NCBI GenBank assembly: GCA_964234715.1
Contig: OZ174285.1
Reading direction: 5' to 3' (one strand)
DNA from: Podarcis melisellensis
Taxonomy: Eukaryota
DNA length: 64,000 nucleotides
In this document: positions 24,673 through 35,300 of the stretch, piece by piece
Numbering within the stretch: the stretch's first letter is position 1
Layout of the letters: each line of letters starts with the position of its first letter
The notes under the pieces: generated by a model
Told to the model about the DNA's origin: nothing
What the model saw: only the letters and a program-made list of their open reading frames with translations
Database searches by the model: none
Made by a program: the position numbers and the translations under genes

Positions 24673-26155
24673 AGCAACAACTATAAACTGAGAGGAGCTG
24701 CATAGCACCATCCTGGGTATGTTTTTGCTACAGCACAAGGATACTCTATTGATGGATGCAGATCCACTCTAGTGACCTTAAGACTGAGTTCAAGTGCCCA
24801 AGTGCTCTTTTGCGCTTGTCTTTTGGCTTACACCAAAATCTAACACCTTTGCCAAGACATTAGTTTTATGCTTTTCCATGATGGGGAGGGGAAAAACTGC
24901 TTCAGTCAAGAGCTCCGGGTGTTATGGGACCTCTTCTCAACCAGCTCCTCCACCATGGAATTGTTGAGCTATTCCATCAACCTAACTTACAGAACAATGG
25001 TTGTACACTGTATGCTTGTCTTACTGTTCAGACCCCAGGACACTGTCAGGACCAGTGTAAACCAGGTGTGAATTGGGATGCACGTTCAAATGCAGACACC
25101 ACCCACTGCTTTCAATAAGGTGTGCGTTTGGGTGTGCATATCCATTCTTAACATGTCTCCCTGGCGAGCTGGCACAGGTGTTTGTACATCCAGACCCTAA
25201 CAGCTTTTTCCTGGTGCAAAGTACATTTGGAGAGTTACCATTGCAGAGAAGCTGCATTTAGGATAACAGTCCACACCAAGAGAGCTTGCAGTACCCCTGT
25301 CAGAAATCATATCTTCTGGATTAATGCAGCAACCCTATTATATGTCAATGTCAAGAGATATAGAGGTACTGATTGATTATGTATCCTAATCTAGAAAATA
25401 TATTGATTCTGTATCTTGTTTGTGGCTGCACAATGTTTTTCTCGTCTGCATGGCTATCTATAACTTTTTTAAACGCAAACAAACGTTTGCAAATAGCATT
25501 TGACAGCAGCGACTCCTGTTGGGGCATTTTGGTTTGTAATAACTGGGGACTTGGCTTTTTAGCAATTTGTATTAATACCAGCTTTTTGGATCAACAAAAT
25601 GTAGCTTAACAACTGCCTTTGCCTGGCTCAGTGAAAATCCCTAAAGTAGTTACATTGTGTCCAGATGCAAATTTGACAGCACTGCATTAGGAGATTAAAA
25701 CACCAACACACATTTATTTTTTATTTTATTTTATTATTATTATTTTTTAAAGCTGTTTCTTGTCAGATAACTGTTTATATTTTTAGCTGTTCACTCTTTT
25801 TTAATCAATAGCATCCTGTTACCCCCAAAGCCTCATTTCGAATGGACCAGTAAGAATATGCCTACTCCCAGTTAATTCTCTATATAAGGTTTCACACACT
25901 GTAACATTGTGTTGTGCAGGAAGGGAACCAACATTTCAATCCACTCTCTTTTACTATTGAAAATAGTGTTCAGACTGCTAGAAATACCAAACTGCTTGAC
26001 CCAAGCTGGATAAGCAACTGAAGCACCTGCCCAAGGAACTCGCTGTTCTAAGAGATATGTCATTTTCAGAGTAGACCCCTTTATCTTAATGGGCCTACTT
26101 GGAGTTTGACTTAGTGGGATGCCACCTATTATTTGAGGGGATAATAAGTCTCTAT

Positions 26156-26289
26156 AGCCTTCCCAGTTGGGTATCTTTCAGATGTTCTGGGACTCCAAAT
26201 TCTAAGAGCCCCAGCATGGGCAATGACCAAGTATGATGGGAGTTGTAGTCCAAAACATCTGGACTACAACAAGGGCTGAAGAAAGATGC
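26156..26289. mobile_element. Degraded hAT MITE (related to the 20429 element)
   Basis: cagatgttctgggact...atgatgggagttgtagtccaaaacatctgg. Confidence 0.7.
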
Positions 26290-26817
26290 ACTGTAGCCTT
26301 TGTGAATGTGGGGGGGGGGGACCACATATGCAACTATATGAACCTGTTGGAGTTTCAAAAGCAGCTTGGACTTCAGTGGCCGTCAGAGTTTCTTGCTCAC
26401 CTCAGAAGGTTAATCTTTCCTTTGTCACTGCTTCTACTGTCCATCTGTCTCTAGTTTCTCTGAACTTCCTGCCTTCCCAACTTGGTGCTGTTATCCTTCT
26501 CCTGCTGTTTCCTGAAGGACATGTTTAAAAGTGCAAGAAGTGTGTTAAGGAGCTGGGTGTTGTGTTTAAGATATGATTGCAATTCAAAGAGAGAGTTAGG
26601 GGCATGTTAGTGTCTTCTAAAAAGTGTTACAGTTTTGGCTCCTTGACCATTTGGTTCTTTGTATGAGGATGAGATCAATGTGGATAGCTGCTATTGACTA
26701 GAAGCAGGATTGATTCAGATTACCTTGAGCATAACTGTGATTACAGAACCTCAGAAAGCACATGGGGAAGTGTCCATGAATTAAATGCTCTTTGCCTTTG
26801 TGAAATTAATATGACAT

Positions 26818-26905
26818 GCTACAATCCTAACCCCACGTACCTGTGAGTCAGTCCTGCTGAATTCAACAGGACTTATTTCTGAGTAGGCATGGGTATGATT
26901 GCTCT
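26818..26905. mobile_element. Short (about 90 bp) palindromic squamate MITE; related copies near 18865, 28880, 41125, 41490, 43955, 47700 and 49187
   Basis: caatcct...gagtcagtcctgctgaattcaacaggacttatttctgagt...atgattgc foldback pattern recurring through the window. Confidence 0.6.
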
Positions 26906-26994
26906 GTTAATAATATAGCTAAGCTAGAATCCTTCTCATTGATGTAGTAGCTTTACAAGGGCAAGGAATGAGTTTACTTTGTCCTAAATGTTGA

Positions 26995-27195
26995 TTACAT
27001 TTCTATCCCATCTTTTGTCCAAGGAGCTCAAGGCAGAATACAGGGCATTTTCCCACTGCCCCTTTACCCTCAAAACAAGACTTTGGAATAGGTTAGACTG
27101 AGAGAAAATGGCTGGCCCAAGATCACCCACTGAGCTCCATAGCTGAGTGGGATTTTGAATCTGGGTCTCCCAAGTCCTAGACTGACCTCTACTAG
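26995..27195 (-). mobile_element. Older Squam3/MIR-like SINE, reverse orientation
   Basis: ttctatcccatc...aaggagctcaaggc...ggttagactgagag...ggctggcccaagatcaccca...gggattttgaatctgggtctccc. Confidence 0.75.
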
Positions 27196-29089
27196 GGGAA
27201 AGTAGAAAAGAAAAGAGAAGTTGATATCTCATTTGGTGCAACCCTACCGCTTAGCAGAAGTGGCTCTGTTTGTCTGAATGCATACTTTCTATTGTGATTC
27301 AGGAAAGAAGCATAAATGAAGGCAAGTGGACCCAGTGAGACTGATGCTTGGAATTGAGAACTTGAGTTGAGAGAGGGAGTTTTCCCCAGCTGTTTTCATG
27401 TTCGTTCAGAGAACTTACAAGACTTGTGTTTGATTATTTCAGTACCCCAAGCAGAAATTGTGTCGCCCTGATAACACTCTTGTGTCTTTGTCAACATGTA
27501 GTCATATAATCCTGACTGGGCCAGCAAGAAAATTGTGGGTTGTGTAGTAAAGCAAGAGAAACATCTGAGTATCATCATCAGGCAAAAAGGGGATTTTTTT
27601 ATTGGACTGGTATACCCTGTGCAGACATTCATTTTGTATGTGTGGCGGTAAGAACTGCATTAGCCTGATGTACAGGTCCCCACGTGATGTTCACATGTTT
27701 GGATAAGGGGATGCATGCAAAGACCCAACTTTCAGGCAGAATCTGGGCACTTTGATCTTGTGGCAAGCAAATTGCACAGATTGGACCTCTCTGTGCATGC
27801 TGGGATCTGTGTGTGCAAAATTTTAAGACCCGAGTGTGGCCGCCAGGCAGGAGAAAGTGGAGCTGGCACACTCCACCGCCATACATTCAGGTTGATCATC
27901 TCTGTACAGTTAATATTGAGTTGTGTGAATGCATTCTCATAGTCAAGAGTAAGAAACTGCTTTATATACCCAGTGAGATCACTGATCCACTTAACCCAGT
28001 AGTGCCTTCCATGAGCAAGGCCTTGTCTCTTGGGTCTCCTCCAGCTCTTTTATCTGAAGATGCAAGGAATCTAACATGAACCTTAAACCTTCAAACCTTG
28101 GCCTCTGCTTCTAAGCTCTGGCTTCTCCTTGATTGCAGTAATCAATTATACTACGCACTTCTGACATGAAAGAGCTCTGTTTTTAAAAGAAGTAAAAAGA
28201 AGAAGTTGAGAAACTCCATGTATTCTGATTTTAACTACATGGACTTCCATTTATTTGTTTTATTTTAAGGTGTCCTGGTGAAGGAATAAAGCCTTTCTTC
28301 CATCTTGATGAAAGCAACACTGACCCAAACACAGTCACTTTTGTATCTGAAAGGTCATTATTTCAAGACCACTCTTCAATACGATCAGTCTGCATTAATT
28401 TTTGTTTTCCTATAGGCTTCATCAGTATATGAAATTTCATAATTATCTTGTGCCAGTAATTAAAGCTTATAGTGTTAGTCCGATTTTAGAGGGTTGTTTC
28501 AATGGCTGTGAACTGATTAGAGTGAATTTAGTGGCTTAGGAATCCATCAAATCTACTTTCGGGGGTAAACTTTTATTAGAATTAAGCATTAATTGCATAT
28601 TATACTAATCCACAACTTTGTGGGATTTCCCTACCACCACATGATTTGAAGGTATATCTTAAGACTCTTAAATTTTGAAAGCATAATAGATACGAGTTGT
28701 GCATCGGGGTGGTGGGAAAATACTGTGTTGGGTCAGGTTTTTGTTGAGCATTTTTTTAAAAAATAATAATACTGTGGATACTTTTGATATATAATTTATT
28801 TGGAGACTGTCTTTCAATGTTACTCCTCCCAAAGCAGGTGAGAATACATCTAAATTGAGTATCTAGATGACTTAAGTTGTAATCTTGTGCCTACTTCCTG
28901 GGGGCAAATCCTACTGAACTTACTTCTGAGTAGACATGCACAGGATGCACAGTTAGCAAGCTAAATGTATTCATAAGTGAAATAGTCAGTTTTCAGTGTG
29001 TGTGTGCCCTGAGATCTCCCCTTCTGCTTGTAGGCATTACGTTTTTCCTGTGCATAGACCTTACTTGGGTTTCCTGGCCTTATGTATTT

Positions 29090-29221
29090 NNNNNNNNNNN
29101 NNNNNNNNNNNNNNNNNNNNNNNNNNNNNNNNNNNNNNNNNNNNNNNNNNNNNNNNNNNNNNNNNNNNNNNNNNNNNNNNNNNNNNNNNNNNNNNNNNNN
29201 NNNNNNNNNNNNNNNNNNNNN
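29090..29221. other. N-run (132 nt)
   Basis: Run of N. Confidence 0.99.
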
Positions 29222-29525
29222 CCGAATCTCTGGGGACCTCCCAAATAAATGCAGAGCAGGGAAGTTAGATAAACCCTCTGTTCCCTCTTCCCTCTCTAAA
29301 ATATACATATGGACCTACACTCTGCGTAGATTCGTAAGGAAGAGTACAAAATAAAACTTTACCATTAGCAAAAGGCGGCTGCTTAGAACTGACATTGCCA
29401 CCTCTTGCTGTTTATTAATACTGTATGTGTTTTGTTACCACATTGAGTAGTAAGGAAATAGGTGCTTTGAATTATTAAAGTTGATTCTGGAGAATAGCTG
29501 TATGCTCAGATGGCATTTGCTTCAG

Positions 29526-29705
29526 NNNNNNNNNNNNNNNNNNNNNNNNNNNNNNNNNNNNNNNNNNNNNNNNNNNNNNNNNNNNNNNNNNNNNNNNNNN
29601 NNNNNNNNNNNNNNNNNNNNNNNNNNNNNNNNNNNNNNNNNNNNNNNNNNNNNNNNNNNNNNNNNNNNNNNNNNNNNNNNNNNNNNNNNNNNNNNNNNNN
29701 NNNNN
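29526..29705. other. N-run (180 nt)
   Basis: Run of N. Confidence 0.99.
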
Positions 29706-29979
29706 TCCCCATTTTTGGCTTAGATTGTACAGTGCAAAAGAAAATTAAGAAGCGGAATCCACCCACTAGTGTATTGTGCAATGAACATGCTTTATTTTTC
29801 CAACACCATGGACAAAAAAAATTATATGAATACAGGAAAAACAGGAGTTTTCGTTGGTGTTTATACATTGGTGGGTAGGGGAGGGTTTTCCTCCACCTTA
29901 ACAAAAGAAATTGATGAGGTGTTTTGTTGTTGTTGTTGTTGTTGTTGTTAGAAAACAGTTTTCACCTGTCCAATACATT

Positions 29980-31301
29980 AAAACATTAGCAGCAAGCTTC
30001 ATTTCATTCCAAATATTTTCCGGGCCAATCTCCTGTAATGATAGCAGCAAGCAATTTTCAAGTTCAGCATTCAGAAGCAGTTGCATTTGGGGAGGGCGGA
30101 GAACAACACCCCCCCCTCCAATACCCAAACACACACTCACACACACACCGTCCGCCTCTACCATACCGAAACCCCCCCCCCCCCAAATGAAAAGAGCAAG
30201 TGCTCTGTCGAGGGGGGGTCTATAGTAGCCTGTCAATTGATTTCCCTTTAAGCATTAAATGCCAGCTCTGAAGCTGAATTACGTTCTGTGCCTCTAACCT
30301 ATTTCCTGCTTTCAAAAGAAAGCCCAGTGACTTTGCGGTGGGGGGGGGGGGCGGTGGGGGGAGAGAGAGAGAGAAGAGAAAAAATTAAAAAGAGGCTAGG
30401 GCTTGAAGCAATCTTCCTGTGTTTCATTCTCAACCCTCGTTTTGTAGGTTGTTGACCAGGCAGTCAGAAAACACTGCTCCTCTCTCCTTTTGAGCGAGGT
30501 CAGAGACGGGGGGCTGCTGGGTGGGTTTTTTTTTTTTTTTATCCACCCCCCTTCTTTTTCTCTCTGAGTCGAGTTCTCAGGCAGCTGCGTACAATGCTGG
30601 GAGCCAGCCAGCAGNNNNNNNNNNNNNNNNNNNNNNNNNNNNNNNNNNNNNNNNNNNNNNNNNNNNNNNNNNNNNNNNNNNNNNNNNNNNNNNNNNNNNN
30701 NNNNNNNNNNNNNNNNNNNNNNNNNNNNNNNNNNNNNNNNNNNNNNNNNNNNNNNNNNNNNNNNNNNACCCTATTCCACTTTTACCCTAAGGCAGTTGAG
30801 TGGAAATTTTAGGGGAGAAAAGAGTGTGGCTGCAACTTGGGGTTTTTTGTTTTGCTTTTTGGTGGGGAGATTTTTTTTTCTAAAAAAATAAATTTTTATT
30901 TTATTTTTCTTTCCAAAATCTCTTTTAAGAATCACCGTTATTGTTGTTGGTTTTTTTTGGGGGGGGGGGGGAATCCAAGTGAAAAAGTTGAAGCTATCTG
31001 TTCTTGCATGCACTAGGAATTGCGGCTAAATCGGGACTGGGAAGGCTTCCAGATTTGCTGTGGAAAGTTAACTGTCTGACAGAAGAGTCCTAGCCACCTC
31101 CTCTCCCCCCCCCTCCCCGCACCACCCCACCCCTAACGTCAGGAATGGTTTCTCCCTGCTTTGCATATTCACCATGCTTGGCCTGGCCATATGGGAAAAT
31201 GCGACTGAAGGAATTGTTGTGAAAAAAGGGACAGCGAGTTTGAAATAAAAAGTTGTTAAGAGTGGTACTGGAGAGGGGGAAAAAAAAAAGAATACGAGAC
31301 C
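29980..31301 (+). promoter_or_regulatory. Internal TCF4-A promoter / 5' UTR region
   Basis: Directly upstream of the TCF4-A ATG. CCAAT at 30025-30029, GC box GGGCGGA at 30094-30100, G-run and GA tract at about 30337-30380, C-rich tract at about 31097-31134, half-CRE CGTCA at 31137-31141, locally raised CpG. TSS cannot be determined. Confidence 0.75.
30615..30767. other. N-run (153 nt) inside the TCF4-A promoter region
   Basis: Run of N. Confidence 0.99.
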
Positions 31302-31370
31302 ATGTATTGCGCATACACAATCCCTGGCATGGGAGGAAACTCTTTGATGTACTACTATAATGGCAAAGCG
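31302..31370 (+). CDS. TCF4: Coding part of the alternative first exon of short isoform TCF4-A (23 aa MYCAYTIPGMGGNSLMYYYNGKA; homologous to the HEBAlt Alt domain)
   Basis: ATG at 31302 in gagaccATG context (A at -3), 69 nt, phase-0 donor GCG|gtaagc at 31370/31371. The peptide matches the known TCF4-A N-terminus. Confidence 0.96.
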
Positions 31371-31879
31371 GTAAGCTAGCTCTGTAATTAAAGGTGTAAT
31401 TTTGACAAGTTTTATTGTCGTAGGAATGAGAGTCATTTGCTGCATTTATTGCTTTGAAAGTTGTTCTGGGCTACTTCAGCCTTCCTTATTCCGTAAGCTA
31501 TTTAATTCTTGCTAATGTTATATATACTATCGAGCGTAGGGGGGTTGGTGGGGGCTTTATAATCAGAAAGAGAAAGCTGGTCTTTTCGTTTGTTTTGTTT
31601 GTTTTGTTTATTTTTTATTTTGTTTTAAAAAAGCAAAAACTGACTTCAAAATAGATTGCAATGCTTTTTACTGCCTGAAACTTTTTAAAGTCATAAAGTT
31701 GGTCATTTTTGAGCCTGTCGTTCTTTCACTTATCTGGATGGTCAGTACGGAACAAGGGCATTATTGATGCAAGCAGGGAGAAATCAGTTTTCTGTGCAGA
31801 TAAGTTGTTAGTGCATTTCTCTCTTGTCTGAGACGAGATGTTTCAGCTTCCCGAGTCGGAGTCTGCAGCTGAGTTCATT

Positions 31880-32022
31880 TTACCTAGCAGCCACTGACAG
31901 AGAACGCTAGACGCTGAGCATTTGATGAATTCAGTGAGAAACAGTAATAAAATAATGCAAAATAACAAAAAAGACCAATTATTGCAAGCATCACTTTACA
32001 TTGTTTGGAATGTTTCCCTGCA

Positions 32023-32081
<59 letters not shown>

Positions 32082-32303
32082 CTCTCTCTTCTCTCTTTCT
32101 CTCTCTCTCTTCAGAAACACTTTATTTAAGGAAGGGGGGGATAGTGTCTGGTATTTTACGGATAACCTCAGCAGAAGGTTTATACTTGCCATCTGGAAGT
32201 CTGCTGAATTTATTTTTTGATTTTTTTATTCCTGGCTAGGTCCTGGGAAGGAAAAAAAGAGATTTAAAAATAAAAAATAATAATCTTTTAATGGGCTGCT
32301 GAG
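31880..32303 (+). other. Candidate additional non-coding alternative 5' exon of TCF4
   Basis: UTR-like sequence with a (TTTC)n tract, ending in donor-like GAG|gtaaag at 32303/32304 and preceded by a mini-uORF ATG GGC TGC TGA (32291-32302). Mammalian TCF4 has several 5' exons in this intron. Start is approximate. Confidence 0.35.
32023..32111. repeat. (TC)n/(TTTC)n polypyrimidine microsatellite
   Basis: Direct reading. Confidence 0.95.
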
Positions 32304-35300
32304 GTAAAGAGATGTGTTGCTGGAAAAAAAACACAGGAAAATAAAATGTGGAAGTTCTGGAAAGAAGGCAGCCTGCATTCACTCAACTTTTCAGCATTTC
32401 GTCTGATACCAGTCATGGGGAGAGCAGTTAGGCCAAAAGGGAACTATTAGAGCTTGAACCAAGGCCTTTTTCAAAGGTACGGGACAGCGCAAACTAATTA
32501 TGCCATCCATATGAGCGTGTGCTATACAAGCACACACGTATAATATATAGAGATTACATTATTTCGTATGAGAAACCCATCCCTATGAATGAACATCTGT
32601 TGGAATAACTCAGTTCCACCCTCAGTTAGAACACTTACTAGCAAGATATGTTGTCTTCGTCAGGTATTTAGCAATGTTTTAAAATAATATTCTGGATTAA
32701 TGCAGTTTGTTAAGAAAGAGGAGAGTTTAAGTAAACACGGAGAAATACATCTTTATATATTAGGGGGTGTGTGTCTATATCTATAGCTATATTTATATCT
32801 CATTTGAAGCCATATATATTGCATTTGATATATTGATCTATTGCATTTGAAGCCAGTACCTGCATTTGGAGCATGTGGGGGGTTTGCTAATAAATGCAAA
32901 CGTTAAAATTAGAAAAATCATAAAGTGTCCAGCATTTACATATCACAACTGCAGGGTTTTCTGTAGAAGAAAATACTTTTTGTTTTTCATGGGGGTAGTT
33001 TTGATAGGGTGAGTGACTGAGGTCATCAATGAAATGAAGTGGCTGTCCTTTTATCACTGAGGGCCTGAAGTTACAAAACTTTCATTAAAAGTAAAATAGA
33101 TTAAACATGCATCGCACATGCTAAGGTGGCCACGCACAGTACAATTGCATCCATGTGGTTTGTAGACGTTTAGAAGGGAAATTCTGGACATGAGATCATA
33201 CTGCTGGTAATACCCCCCCTTCCTCTACTCCCCCCATTTAGTAAATATTTTCAGTTGGAGTTGATTTTTTGACAGGGGAGGGAGAGTCTGGAAAGGAGGA
33301 TGTTACTCATAAAAATCAAGAGCACTGTCAGAGGAAATGTATTTATAGGAACCATTAAATGGCATTTATTAAAAACAAATCTGTTGGTATGTGTTCAACA
33401 AAAAGAAACCAGGAAATGTCACACTGCACATGAAGCTTTTTGTGGGGTGAAACAATAAACACTGGTGGTATCAGCAGAGGGCATTTTTTTAAAAACACCC
33501 CATTCCTTGATTCAGCTCTATAATAAGGAATCAGTCCTCATGGTAAAGTTACAGGGTCTTTGTGGAAGAGGCCAGAATCTTGGCATTTGACGGGAGAGGG
33601 GGAGAAATTGTGTTTCTGTCTTTTTGCGGGGCTACCTTTTTATGTGGCCAGCATCGTACTAGCTCGGATTGTACATAATGCAGGTCTTGATTGGGTGCCA
33701 GGCATCTTCCAGAGATTGTGTTTGCCCTGCGTGAATTGTTTAGAATGCCTGTTTGGGGGGAAGACGGATGCTAGATTTCGTTTCGGGTGTTGCACCTCTT
33801 TCTCCACTTAGTCGGAGGAAAGTACAGGCTACAATAAGTTGCATGACTTTTTTTGTCTTTAAACAAGATATAGTTTGGAATTCCTCCTCCTCCTCCTCAT
33901 CTCTCTCTCTCTTTCTCTCTCTCCCCCCACCTCCCTTGACAAGTCAATTACTTGTTTAAATTCAGTTTGAACTTTCTGAACTGAAAGCAGCTAGGTGGAA
34001 GCAGGTCTTCCCTGGGAATAAACAATAGGATGGGGAATGTAAAATCATTCCAGATCTCCTCTGTATGTAAGTTAGCAGTATGGGAAGAAGAATGTGGTGA
34101 GGAATAAACTCTCTATCTCTCTCTTCAAAATGTAAATCCATCTGACCGATGAGTACTCAGAGTTGCTCTTTTCGTAATGAATGCGTTATGGTGTTTGAAG
34201 AAACCATACACTTCTTTTCCCCCATTCACCTGTTGTCCGTGTCATCCCTTCTCTCTGAAGTAGCAGGATAGGTTCCTTTTCCCCTATTAAAAGCCATATA
34301 TTTCTTCAATTTTTTTAGATGATAAAAAAATAAGCACCGCTTTTAGAGGAAATGCTTCAAACACACATCATATGGTCGGTTGCAGCATACGTTTCACTAT
34401 AACTAATAATATCCAGTGCTTAAATTTATCGTGCTTTGTTGTTGTTTTTTAAATTAATTATTATCCATATTTATTTTAATAATGCATGCTTTGGGTTCTG
34501 TAACACATTGCGCACAATAACTATGTTGCCAGAGCATCTGCTCCTTTAATGTTTTGCTTCTTGAGACTCTTAAGATATTTGTGATAGCATGTATGGTCTG
34601 AAATTGTGTAGTGTCACTTTTTTAATCTGATGTTTAGCATTGCTAATTGCACATGACTGAGATTTTAGCAAGCAGTTGTTTGATCAAATGCCATACTTGG
34701 AAGAACACGGAGACAGCAAAGATGACATTATTGCAAATGAAATTGAAAACAAAAGTGGCAAAACTTTCACTTAATAGTACTTTAAGCTCCCATCATTGGC
34801 TCCCGCCCGCATGCGCATGTGTTAAATCATATAGCGAACCCTATAATTATCATAATTGCTCTTTTTTTGTACGTTATACCAACAAGCGTCAAGCCATCTC
34901 ACCAACTAGTTGTTTTGAAATAGTTATTTGTCAAGTTATCAAATCACAAAAAGTAAATGCTAATGAGTTTTAATGTTTGTATTATGTCTGCTATTCTTAT
35001 TATGGACCTTTTCAACTCCTTAAAGTTCTTAAGACAGAGATGAATAGTTCATAGTGTTGTTCCTGCTAATAGTCTAGGCCAAATAGTGTGATAACTCCTT
35101 ATATGAACTCTAGTAAATGAAGAGTAAAAACTCTTATGATGAATATCATGATAGTGTTGTCCCTTTTCCTGTAAAATTGCATTTTTAAAACAAAAAACAA
35201 CACCTGCCAATAGATACCCTTCATTTAATCTAGGGTTTTTTGTATTTTAAAAAAAGCAAACTATAATCCATTCTTCATATTTTTAACTGGCATGAACATG

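Noticed and set aside
24228-24680. 150-aa minus-strand ORF with poly-Glu
   Set aside because: Antisense read of the Squam3 SINE and its (CCT)n tail.
30600-30614. Orthologue of the human CTG18.1 repeat
   Set aside because: CTG18.1 lies near the 5' end of TCF4, not in this intron; only a few CAG-like units are visible before the N-run.
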